Of a stretch of 64,000 nt of DNA, positions 40,072 through 49,820 are shown piece by piece (the stretch's first letter is position 1; every line of letters starts with the position of its first letter). This stretch comes from an uncultured Verrucomicrobiae bacterium. Its GTDB lineage: Bacteria > Verrucomicrobiota > Verrucomicrobiia > Chthoniobacterales > UBA10450. The notes under the pieces are model-generated. The model had not been told where the DNA came from, searched no databases, and saw nothing but the letters and a program-made list of their open reading frames with translations. A program made the position numbers and the translations under genes. The DNA is taken from contig CAVYXA010000006.1 in assembly GCA_963772365.1 (NCBI GenBank), positions 32,001 through 96,000 on the forward strand. The letters are read 5' to 3'.

Positions 40072-42093
40072 CTAATCCGCGACTGGCTGTGGAGTTTTCA
40101 TTTCCATAAGGCGCGAAGCCTCCGCGCGATGTCGATCCGCCAGGTCGGAGCGGCCGATTCGGCCATACACCCGCGAAAGATATCGATGTGCCAGAATGAA
40201 ACCCGGGCGCATCCGAAGGGACATCTCAAAGGCTTGGACGGCGCGTTCGAACCAACCCATTCGGGAAAGCAAGGCGCCGAGTTGAAAATGCGCTTCGGGA
40301 AATTCATGGCGCAAACCCACAGCCAGCAAAGCGTGATCAATTCCCTGCTCGACAAAGTTTTGCCGTGGCAGCGCGACGCTCAACCCGTAGTGCGCATCGG
40401 GCAGATCAGGATCGACATCCAGTGCCCGCTTAAAGGCACGCCCGGCTTCGGGCCATTTGCGCTGACGCAGATAAAGCCTGCCGAGATAGGTCTGTGTGAT
40501 TGGGTCGTTAGGGGCGAGTCGTTCTGCTTCATGAAAAGCTTCGGCGCACGTTTTCATGTCTCCGCGTATCCAAGCCAGCACTCCGCGCATGGCGATGATT
40601 TGCGGCGCATCCGGCTGGATCCGTTCCAACGCGTCGAGCGCTCGGGCTACGTCCTTTGGCTTTTGAGCAGTCAGCGAAGCCTGGCCAAAAGCCATCCAAT
40701 AACGCGGCTGCGGCTCGTCGGGCTTTCGTGAGATCAGTTTCGCCAGCATCTCCCTACCTTCGTTTACGCGTCCTGTCTCACACAGACTGACCGCAACATT
40801 GAAATCACTTTCCGCTTCGGCCAGCTCAATTAGGCGGAGTGTGTCGTTGCTCGGCGCGTTAATGTAACCAAGCGCGATGAACTGTTGCAGCAAGGCTTGT
40901 GCAGCTGCTGGATCTTCGTGCTCACTGGAAATTGGAAGACGTCCATCGTTGCCGATTAGCTTTTCCCACGACGGAGTTCGCTGAATTGCCAGCGGCTGCT
41001 CAAAGGCGCTCACCAATGGTTTGCCTTCCATGTCTTCGCCAATGGGCAACCCCAGCAACGTGAGCACAGTGGGCGCAACATCGAGCAACGTTGCACCCTC
41101 AACTCTTTCGTCAGCGCGAATCCCGGGACCGCGCACCACTAAGATCCCCTGCGCCCGATGCCAGCTCGCTGGCTCCACTGGTCCGCGCGGCCGTCGCGGA
41201 CCGCTTTCAAAGCCGTGATCGGAGACCAGCATGACGTGTGTCTCCGGTCCGGCAAGTTCGACCAATCGGCCTAACATAAGATCGTGAAACCGATAAATCC
41301 CAGTCATCACCTCATGATAGAATTCAAAATCGCGCTCTGAAATCTCCGGCAAACGCGGAGGATGGAACGGCATGAATTCGTGCCCGACCTGATCGATGCA
41401 TTCATAATAGACCGCACCGAAATCCCATTTTTGTTTCTCCAGCAATTCCGTGGCGATAGCGTGAACGCTGATCACTTCGGCAAGATGCTGAGAAAGAAAA
41501 AGGAGCCGGCGTCGGACGATTGGATCGCTTTGATCCAATTCTGGGGCGCGTGGGATCAACTGTTGAATCGGCGCGGCTTCGATCTCCATCGGATGGACGC
41601 GAAGGTCTCCAAGACTTTCAGCAAGAGCGCCCGGTTCAGCACTGCCTTCAGGAATCGGCCATTTGTCTGGAGTAGAGTTAGGGGGCGGGAGGCAAAACAG
41701 ATTCGACACCATTGCACCGCGGATCGGCTCGGCCGGATGAGTGGCTTGCCAGGCGCAGACCACACTAGGGCGCTCCGATTGCGAAACAATGTTCCAGAGC
41801 GCCTTACACCGGCGAGTGCGAGTGCCAACCGGTCGCACGCCGGAGCGATCTGGTGACGGCTCAACGAACCACTTCACGCCATGGTCATAAATGCGTTTGC
41901 CTGTCGCAATGGTGGTCCACAGCACGGGCGAAAGCATCGGCGACAGCGATGCGAGATTGCCCATCACGCCGCCTTCGATCAATCCTCGAAGATTCGGCAT
42001 CAGCCCACTATCCAGTAGCGGATGGATGATTTGCCAGTCGGCCGCGTCCCAGCCAATGAGAAGGACGCGTGGTAATTTGGACGGCGAATTCAT
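40072..42093 (-). CDS. Alkaline-phosphatase-superfamily (phosphodiesterase/NPP-like) protein with C-terminal TPRs
   Basis: IGWDAADW, LSPVLWTTIATG, DQVGH, SDHGF, DVAPTVL, LGYI, then TPR repeats; no signal peptide evident. Confidence 0.88.
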   Translation of the reverse strand: MNSPSKLPRVLLIGWDAADWQIIHPLLDSGLMPNLRGLIEGGVMGNLASLSPMLSPVLWTTIATGKRIYDHGVKWFVEPSPDRSGVRPVGTRTRRCKALWNIVSQSERPSVVCAWQATHPAEPIRGAMVSNLFCLPPPNSTPDKWPIPEGSAEPGALAESLGDLRVHPMEIEAAPIQQLIPRAPELDQSDPIVRRRLLFLSQHLAEVISVHAIATELLEKQKWDFGAVYYECIDQVGHEFMPFHPPRLPEISERDFEFYHEVMTGIYRFHDLMLGRLVELAGPETHVMLVSDHGFESGPRRPRGPVEPASWHRAQGILVVRGPGIRADERVEGATLLDVAPTVLTLLGLPIGEDMEGKPLVSAFEQPLAIQRTPSWEKLIGNDGRLPISSEHEDPAAAQALLQQFIALGYINAPSNDTLRLIELAEAESDFNVAVSLCETGRVNEGREMLAKLISRKPDEPQPRYWMAFGQASLTAQKPKDVARALDALERIQPDAPQIIAMRGVLAWIRGDMKTCAEAFHEAERLAPNDPITQTYLGRLYLRQRKWPEAGRAFKRALDVDPDLPDAHYGLSVALPRQNFVEQGIDHALLAVGLRHEFPEAHFQLGALLSRMGWFERAVQAFEMSLRMRPGFILAHRYLSRVYGRIGRSDLADRHRAEASRLMEMKTPQPVAD

Positions 42094-42282
42094 CGTGAAA
42101 AACTGTCGATCTTAGCGGCGGTCCAAGATCGTCGCAAATTTCATAACTAAACCATCGGTGCGGATTGCCTAATTACTGTTGTAGTCGGCGCGCAACTCCC
42201 AGGAAACGGCAGATCGAGTCGAGCACAATCCATTCCGACTTACTCGCGATTACTTTTTTCCATTCCACCTGGCACCGTGATC

Positions 42283-44097
42283 CTATGGCTTCTTATTCTG
42301 AATTTCTGAGAGCGCCTGTCGGGCTGGCTCATAGTCGGGTGCGATTTTCTGAACCTGACGCAATTCGTTGACCGCGGCATCGATATCGCCGCGACCGGCG
42401 AGCGCAAGCGCGAGGTTGGTCCGGGCAACAATGCGCTTTGGGTCATTTCGCGTGATCGGCGCCAATTGATCAATAGCTTCGTTCCAACGGCGAAGGTTCA
42501 CCAATGCTGTACCGTAGTTGATATGCGCAGCCGTGTTCCCGGGTTCCAGCGTAACGGCGCGCTCGAAATATTCCGCGGCGTCTTGGTAATCGTGAGCCAT
42601 CAACTCGATCGATCCCATACTGTTGTAGGCTTCCGACGAAGCCGGGTTTACTCGCACGGCTCGTTTCAATTCCGCCATTGCTTCTGCATAGCGCCCTTTT
42701 TGGATGAGAACATTCGCGATGTTTTCATGAACTTTAATTTTCGCATAGGCCGGTCGCTCCGCCGCCGCTTGTCGATAAAGCTCAAGCGAGCCATTCAAAT
42801 CTCCTTCCTTTTCTAAAACGTTTCCGAGATCCTGCTCCGCCAGGAAATTGCCGGTCGTGACCTGGACAGCATGAGCAAATAACGCATGACTGTTCCGCCA
42901 ATAAGAGGCCTGAACGGCTGTCATCGCGGTGAGCAGAACGATCACAATGCCGGCGAGAACTGCAATCCCTCGCGGGAAACGCTCGAGGCCACTCCGCGGA
43001 ATACTCCAGACCAATGCAATGAATATTCCAATCGAGGAAAAATACATGTATCGATCAGCAATCGATTGCCATCCGACATGGACCAATCCAATTACCGGGA
43101 CCAAACTGCCCACAAACCATAACCAGCCAATCAGCAGCCACGGACGCGATCGTCGATACATCATTGCTACTGCCGTGACGGCTCCGAGAAAAATTCCGCT
43201 TAGGACTACTTGAAGTATTGGCCAGTGAATTGGGTGAGGATAAAAAAATGCAAGATTTACGGGCGCGAATAATTTGCCGATGTAACGGGTGTAGGCGACG
43301 ACGGCATTCTCGATCCGCGCTGGAAACGGGAAAGTTGTGTATCCGCTAGTGCTCCAGATTGTGCGTTGTGAGAGTGCGCCGAAAATGGCGAAGGCAACGG
43401 ATAGAAACAACCAGGGGAGTTTTTCGAGAACAAGTCCTCCAAGAATGGCTCTATGAGCTCTGGTTGCTGATCGCTGATCTCCTAGTCTCCCCAGTGGCCA
43501 TACGTCCATCAGTATAAAAATAAACGGCAAGACGATGACGGTTGATTTTGTCATTAGGCCGAGAATGAACAGGGCCGTCACCAGCAAATAGCGCGAGAAC
43601 GAGCGCTGGCGCGAATAGCCGACATAAGTCCAGAGCGCCAGCAGTGCGAAAAATGTGCTGAGGAGATCCGTGCGGTCGGAGATCCAGGCTACCGATTCCG
43701 CGTGGAGCGGATGGATGGCAAAAAGCGCAGCCACAAGCGCGCTTCGCCAGATGGTCCCGGTGGCGCGCAGGAGGATTGCAGACAACAGCGCAGTGTTGGC
43801 CACATGGAAGAGCACATTGGTAAAGTGATGACCGCCGGCGTGCATTGCCCAAATTTGGATATCGAGCATGTGCGACAGCCAAGTCAGGGGGTGCCAGTAT
43901 CCGCATTGGAATGTGGTAAATGCCCAGATAACTCCGGACCAACTTAGCCCAGCCTGTAAATGCGCATTCTGAACCACGTTGCTGGGGTCGTCCCAATTCA
44001 CGAATTCGAATCGGAGCGTTTGCAAGTAGGGTAGTACGGCAAGAAGCGCCAGCAATCCCGCTGCGAGAATCGTCCGTTGGCTTCTTGCCCCAGTCAT
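42283..44097 (-). CDS. TMTC-like GT-C membrane glycosyltransferase with C-terminal TPRs
   Basis: FVNWDD loop, WHPLTWLS, HPLHAESVAWISDR, ADRYMY, W.NS..LF and TPR tail. Confidence 0.85.
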   Translation of the reverse strand: MTGARSQRTILAAGLLALLAVLPYLQTLRFEFVNWDDPSNVVQNAHLQAGLSWSGVIWAFTTFQCGYWHPLTWLSHMLDIQIWAMHAGGHHFTNVLFHVANTALLSAILLRATGTIWRSALVAALFAIHPLHAESVAWISDRTDLLSTFFALLALWTYVGYSRQRSFSRYLLVTALFILGLMTKSTVIVLPFIFILMDVWPLGRLGDQRSATRAHRAILGGLVLEKLPWLFLSVAFAIFGALSQRTIWSTSGYTTFPFPARIENAVVAYTRYIGKLFAPVNLAFFYPHPIHWPILQVVLSGIFLGAVTAVAMMYRRSRPWLLIGWLWFVGSLVPVIGLVHVGWQSIADRYMYFSSIGIFIALVWSIPRSGLERFPRGIAVLAGIVIVLLTAMTAVQASYWRNSHALFAHAVQVTTGNFLAEQDLGNVLEKEGDLNGSLELYRQAAAERPAYAKIKVHENIANVLIQKGRYAEAMAELKRAVRVNPASSEAYNSMGSIELMAHDYQDAAEYFERAVTLEPGNTAAHINYGTALVNLRRWNEAIDQLAPITRNDPKRIVARTNLALALAGRGDIDAAVNELRQVQKIAPDYEPARQALSEIQNKKP

Positions 44098-44241
44098 CGC
44101 TCGCCGTGGACTGTCGATCCTACGACAGGCGGCGGCAACCCCCATCGATGGAACTCGAGCTACGTATGAGCCCTCCTGATTCATGACTGTTTCGCGTCAA
44201 AGGCCAACATCAGTTGTCATTGAATACCCGTGTACAGCAGA

Positions 44242-44271
44242 AGCCCGCGCGAACTTACATTCGCGCGGGCT
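44242..44271. terminator. 12-bp GC-rich hairpin after the PEP-CTERM gene, weak U tract
   Basis: agcccgcgcgaa-cttaca-ttcgcgcgggct. Confidence 0.7.
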
Positions 44272-44296
44272 CTTAGAGAAACAAACAACCCCGTTA

Positions 44297-44974
44297 TTAC
44301 GCGGATTTGCGCTTGCGCCAGGCGCGCACGCCCATTGCGCCAAGGCCCATCACACTGAGAAGCGCCAGGGTTGACGGCTCTGGAATGATGCAAGCCTGAA
44401 CGGGATTACCCATATCATCATAGGCGTAATCCACGATCATCCGCGGCTGCCCAGCATAGGTTGAGGAGAGTGAGACTCGTGCCCACCCGTAGTCGTATGC
44501 CTGAGTGGATTCGTTGAAGAACCGGAAGCCGAAACAGTTGTTACTGCTGTTGAGAACAAAAGCAGTGGGCCCACTGGTTTCTACAGAACTATCAGTTCGG
44601 CCATAGTTCCAGGAACCATCGATTATCGTTCCGACCGGAAGGTTATCGACTAAACCAGCCGCGCCTCCGGTAAAGTTGTCGAGCACCCCATCGCTAGGGC
44701 TGGCAGAATTATTTCCCCAGATTTCGAAGCCCGAACTGCTCCAAGGATTGAGATCCCAACCGGGCACACTGGACGGACTGGTCGCGAATACGCCAGTAAC
44801 TACGTTCAGGTAGACACCGGAAGTCGTGCTTGGGATGTTGATGTTGACGATGCCGCTATAAACGAGGCTGGCGTTAGCGACAGCGGGAGCGGCAAGGGTT
44901 GCGCCGGCAAGCGCCGCATATGCAGCGAGGCGGCCATCAATATGTGAGGTTAATTTTTGATTTCGTGGGCTCAT
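44297..44974 (-). CDS. PEP-CTERM sorting-domain surface protein
   Basis: AGGAG RBS, signal peptide ending ANA, C-terminal IPEPSTLALL-TM-RKRK. Confidence 0.93.
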   Translation of the reverse strand: MSPRNQKLTSHIDGRLAAYAALAGATLAAPAVANASLVYSGIVNINIPSTTSGVYLNVVTGVFATSPSSVPGWDLNPWSSSGFEIWGNNSASPSDGVLDNFTGGAAGLVDNLPVGTIIDGSWNYGRTDSSVETSGPTAFVLNSSNNCFGFRFFNESTQAYDYGWARVSLSSTYAGQPRMIVDYAYDDMGNPVQACIIPEPSTLALLSVMGLGAMGVRAWRKRKSA

Positions 44975-45000
44975 ATTGTTTCTCCTATTATGGTTGGGCA

Positions 45001-45033
45001 TCCGTTTTGATAAGTTTTGGGGAAAAGGTCAAG
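45001..45033 (-). promoter_or_regulatory. Putative promoter of PEP-CTERM gene 2
   Basis: Minus strand CTTGACCTTTT-N8-CTTATCAAAACGGA; 25 of 33 positions identical to 45740-45772. Confidence 0.65.
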
Positions 45034-45083
45034 ATTATTTTTGTTTTTTTACTGGACCAACGCGTTCAAAAGCGCGCTTGGAT

Positions 45084-45713
45084 TTAGCGAGCGCGTCGAC
45101 GAGCAACACTGATTAGGCCCAAAACGCCCAATCCAAGCAACGCGATCGTAGATGGTTCCGGAACCACATCATAATAGACAGTCCCATTCCATACACGCGG
45201 CGAGAAAACCGGGAGCGTAAACGGCACGTTGGTGGCAGATCCCAGCGAAAGCGACAGGTCCGCATTAGAATAGTTTTGATTCGATCCAGTGCCATTGGTG
45301 TAGTAGTGGCTAAATGAGGGATCGGCTACCAGCGCGATTCCATTAATGCCTGGGTTTAGAATGAACGAGTTTGATAAGGTCACATGGGTTGGCAGGTCGA
45401 GGCCCGCTCCCGTTCCACTACCGGTGGCCACCATACTCCAAAGCGCACTTGTTTCGTTTCCTTGCGAGGTCATTCCGGTAAGGACCCACACTTGAACGTT
45501 GCTAAATGCAGATGTGGATGAGGTGTTGAGATCAAATGACGTTATGGAAAGCGGATTCGCCCCAATGGTAGCATCGAAATAAACAGCGCCACCCGGGCTA
45601 CCATTGTTATTTGAACCGTACAACGTTGTTAAGGAGTTGGCTTTTGCAGACGCCATCGCCAGCAGCGAGATGGTTCCAAGAGTGAGAATCAGGGTTAATT
45701 TTTTCAGGTTCAT
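45084..45713 (-). CDS. PEP-CTERM sorting-domain surface protein, Ser/Thr/Asn-rich
   Basis: AGGAG RBS, signal peptide ending AKA, C-terminal VPEPSTIALL-TM-RRRAR. Confidence 0.93.
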   Translation of the reverse strand: MNLKKLTLILTLGTISLLAMASAKANSLTTLYGSNNNGSPGGAVYFDATIGANPLSITSFDLNTSSTSAFSNVQVWVLTGMTSQGNETSALWSMVATGSGTGAGLDLPTHVTLSNSFILNPGINGIALVADPSFSHYYTNGTGSNQNYSNADLSLSLGSATNVPFTLPVFSPRVWNGTVYYDVVPEPSTIALLGLGVLGLISVARRRAR

Positions 45714-45739
45714 ATCTTCTCCTTTTCCGAGGTTTCGCG

Positions 45740-45772
45740 TCCGTTTTGATAAATTCCATCCAAAATGTCAAG
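45740..45772 (-). promoter_or_regulatory. Putative promoter of PEP-CTERM gene 1
   Basis: Minus strand CTTGACATTTT-N8-TTTATCAAAACGGA with a perfect TTGACA. Confidence 0.65.
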
Positions 45773-45855
45773 CCTTACTTTTGCTCCTCTTTTTCGTTCC
45801 GTTAACCGAGCTAATCCGCTTTGCTTGGCGCGCTGCATCGCATTAATCTTCGCTC

Positions 45856-48800
45856 GTGGATTCGCTTCAAGCCGACATCGAGCGCCGCGGCCGACGCATT
45901 TTCGAGTTGGTGGATCGACATCCCGAATCGCTTTTTAGCAAGGCGGGTTTCTATCAGCGGCTCATGGCGTTTTCGATGCGCGATGAAAAATTCAAGGTGC
46001 AGTTGTTTCGCTTTGTCGACGTGCTCGCTTCGCTCCGGCGCTCGAGCGATATCATTGAGCATCTCGACGAGTACTTCGCTCCAGCCCGGTTGGGACGTAA
46101 CGGTCTCGGACCGCTGATTCAAACCGGTACCCGCGCGGCCAAAATCCTTCCCTGGGTAAGCGCAAAAGTCCTGAGCTGGAATGTCTCCGGTATGGCGCGG
46201 CAATTCATCGCCGGGAAAAATCCCGAGGATGTCATCAAAACGCTGCGCAAAACGGCGCGATCAAAAAATCGGATTCACTGTCGATCTTCTGGGCGAAGCG
46301 GTATTGAGCGAAAAAGAAGCCAATGAATATGCGGCACGTTGTGTCGATCTTCTTGAAGTTCTCGCCCGTGAAACCCGCGGTTGGAACGATCCACTGGGTC
46401 AAAACAGCGAACTCTTCCCGGTGGTAAATCTTTCCGTAAAAATATCCGCGCTCTATTCGCAAATGAATCCGGCCGATCCGGCCGATGCAATCGCGCATCT
46501 CGCATTGAAATTGCGCCCGATCCTGAGTCGAGCCCGCGAGCTCGGCGCGTTTGTTAACTTCGACATGGAGAGCTTTTCTCACAAACAGGTCACGCTCGAC
46601 TTTTTCAAAACGCTGCTCACTGAGAAGGAATTCAAAGATTGGCCAAACGCGGGAATCGTGATCCAGGCTTACTTGCGTGACTCCGAACGCGATCTTGTCG
46701 ATCTAATTCGTTGGGGCCGCGACCGCGGAACTCGCTTCGCCGTTCGGCTCGTCAAAGGCGCGTATTGGGACTACGAAAAGATTAAATCGGAACAGGACGG
46801 CTGGGAACCGCCCGTGTTTCTCCAAAAACCGGAGAGCGACGCCAATTTTGAACGGCTCTCCTGGATTATGCTCGAGAACGAATCGATTGTGACGTCGGCG
46901 TTCGGTTCGCACAACGTCCGTAGCATTGCCCACGCGATGGCCGCAGCGGATGAGCTCGGAATTGATCGCAGCCGGTTCGAGTTTCAATTGCTCTATGGCA
47001 TGGGCGGCCCGATCAAACGCGCCCTGGTCGAGCTAGGCTATCGCGTTCGTGAATATTGTCCCGTTGGCGAGTTGCTTCCAGGCATGTCCTATTTCGTTCG
47101 ACGCCTGCTTGAGAACACTTCCAACGAAGGATTCCTTCGGGCAAAGTTCGCAGAAAACATTTCCGAACAACAACTCCTCCGCGACCCGAATGCGATTTTG
47201 CGCAACAACGGAGATGGATCGCGTCCCTTTTCGAATTCCACTACCTCTATGAAAACAGCCACACAAGATCGACATCGAACGGACAATATCTCCCGGGGAA
47301 CTCCGCCGGGCGATACATACGAAAACGCGCCCCTGACCAATTTCGCGCTGCCCGAGAACCAGGAGAAAATGCGGGCAGCATTGCACGATATGCGCGAAAA
47401 ACTCGGGCGAAAGGTTTCCCTCACGATCAATGGCGAGAAGGTCTGGTCCGACCATACGATCAAATCAGTTAATCCGAGCGACCCCGATCAGATCGTCGGA
47501 CACGCAGCTGAAGCCGGAATCCCGGAAGCGGAGCGCGCCGTTGCGGCTGCGCGTGCGGCGTTCAAAAAATGGAGTCGCACACCATTTGAAGAGCGCGCCC
47601 AATTGCTCGAACGCGTGGGCGAAATTCTCGAGCGGCGCCGGTTCGAGCTTTCCGCGCTCGAAGTCTTTGAAGTGGGCAAGCCATGGATCGAAGCCGACGG
47701 CGATATTCGCGAGGCGATCGATTTCTGTCTCTTCTATGCGCAACAGATGCGATTGATCGGCCGCCCGCGTCTGACTCAACGCGTGCCCGGCGAAGTGAGT
47801 TACCAGCATTACTGGCCGCGTGGCGTCGCGCTCGTGATCGCGCCGTGGAATTTTCCGATGGCGATTCTTTGCGGGATGGTGAGCGCGGCGATCGTCACGG
47901 GAAACACCGTGATAATGAAACCATCCGAACAATCGGTTATCATCGGCGCGATGCTGATGGAAATTTACGAAGAAGCCGGAGTGCCGCCTGGCGTTTTAAA
48001 TTTCATTAACGGCAAAGGCTCAGTCGTCGGTGCACACATGGTCGATCATAAAGATGTCGATCTTATTGCCTTTACCGGCTCGCGCGAAGTTGGTCTGCGA
48101 ATTTGGGAGAGCGCCGGCAAAACCCGGGAAGGCCAGCGGGAGCTCAAGCATGTCATTTGTGAGATGGGCGGCAAAAACGCGATGATTGTCGATGCCGATG
48201 CAGATCTTGACGAAGCCATTACGGATTCGATCTATTCGGCATTCGGTTTTCAGGGACAAAAATGTTCCGCTTTGTCGCGATTGATCGTTCTGGAAGAAAA
48301 CTACGATCGCTTCATCGAGCGATTACTAGGCGCAGCCGGAAGTTTGCGCCTCGGCAATCCGGAGGAACCGGGCATCCTCGTCGGTCCGGTTATCGATGAA
48401 GCCGCCTACCGGCGCATCCTGGAGTACATCGAGATCGGCAAAAGCGAAGCGACTCTAGCCTATCAAATGAAGAATACGCCGCCAAAAGGCTACTTCATTC
48501 CGCCGACGATCTTCACCGACGTCAAGCCGAGCATGCGGATCGCTCGGGAAGAGATCTTCGGCCCCGTTCTGAGCGTGATCAAAGTGCGCGATCTTGACGA
48601 AGCCATCGAGGTCGCGAACGGCACCGATTACGCGTTAACCGGCGGCTTTTTCTCGCGCAGCCCGGCGAATATCGAGCGGATCAAAGCGCAGCTCGAGGCC
48701 GGCAATATCTATATTAATAGAAGCTGCACCGGCGCCGTTGTTGGACGGCATCCCTTTGGTGGATTCAAAATGAGCGGCGGCGGCACCAAAGCTGGCGGCC

Positions 48801-48919
48801 CTGATTACTTGTTGCAGTTTGTCGTCCCGCGCGTGGTCTGCGAAAACATCGTGCGCCACGGCTTCGCTCCTGAAGAAACGCCGCAATTCCGCGACGAGTT
48901 TTTCTGGCCGATTCGCTGA
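45856..48919 (+). CDS. putA: Bifunctional proline dehydrogenase/P5C dehydrogenase (one-base frameshift at 46249-46252)
   Basis: FRFVDVL, VDLLGE, RLVKGAYW, RRLLEN; ALDH motifs PWNFP, FTGS, EMGGKN, GQKCSA, EEIFGP; removing one A gives LRKRRDQKIG. Confidence 0.93.
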
Positions 48920-48925
48920 TGTTTC

Positions 48926-49774
48926 CTACGAGGCCTTGGTTGCGCTGACGATGATCGCTTTGGCGGGGAAGTTCATTCTACCGCCGGGAAAGAATTGGTT
49001 TGCTGCCGCGAGAACATCTCGCTTAACCGCGGCGTGCTTGCTCTTGTCGATCTTCGCCAGTTTTTCGCGAACGCTGTCGGACATTTCCGACCGGATGGTC
49101 CAGAATTCATCGAGCGAGATGGGCGCGGCGATATGGAATTCTAAAATGCGTTCACGAACGTTTGCCGCGCCTGCTTGATCCAAAATCCGGGCGAGCAGAC
49201 CGGGCTCGGCGAAACGGAACGCCCCTGGCGCGTCAGGGTCGTCGGGCGGCGACTCGACGTAGTCTGACAACACATCCGTAACGATTTGGAAAAACGGATT
49301 CGATTCGCTGTTGTGCCAGACGGCCAACGTGATCTTCCCGCCGGATTTGGTTACGCGTAGCATCTCGCGCAAACCGGCCACCGGGTCTGGAAAAAACATG
49401 ACGCCGAAACGGCAGATCGCCGCATCGAAAGAATCGACTTCAAACGGCAAAGCGTCGGCCGGGCATTGATGGAATTTCATGTTTGTGAATCCTCGGCGCG
49501 CGGCAGCCCGCTGACAGGCCGCGACCATTTCCGGCACGATGTCGGTGCATGTGACTGAACCGTGCTGGCCAACAATTTCCGCCAGAGTCAACCCCGGTTC
49601 ACCCGAGCCGCAGGCGATGTCGAGCACGTTCATGTCTCGACTGACCGCGGCGTCTGCGATCAGCGTGTGCGTCACTGGATCGAACATCAGACGAATCGTT
49701 TGCCGATGCTTTTCCCAAAACGGCGCGGATTCGCGCCAAGCTTCTACGATTTCGTTCTGCTGTTCGCGATCCAT
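48926..49774 (-). CDS. Class I SAM methyltransferase (UbiE-like)
   Basis: VLDIACGSGEP, TDI..EM, FDAAICRFGVMFFPD. Confidence 0.9.
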   Translation of the reverse strand: MDREQQNEIVEAWRESAPFWEKHRQTIRLMFDPVTHTLIADAAVSRDMNVLDIACGSGEPGLTLAEIVGQHGSVTCTDIVPEMVAACQRAAARRGFTNMKFHQCPADALPFEVDSFDAAICRFGVMFFPDPVAGLREMLRVTKSGGKITLAVWHNSESNPFFQIVTDVLSDYVESPPDDPDAPGAFRFAEPGLLARILDQAGAANVRERILEFHIAAPISLDEFWTIRSEMSDSVREKLAKIDKSKHAAVKRDVLAAANQFFPGGRMNFPAKAIIVSATKAS

Positions 49775-49820
49775 TGTTTCCGCTGCCAGATCGGCTGAAC
49801 GAGAACCGATGCGCGCCGTT

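Noticed and set aside
42094..42282. Short ORF (MDCARLD...) between the GT-C and AP-TPR genes as a precursor peptide
   Set aside because: 28 aa with a weak RBS and no recognisable features; cannot be supported without conservation data.
46240..46260. Programmed frameshift in putA
   Set aside because: No clear slippery heptamer, and similar indels elsewhere point to sequencing error.
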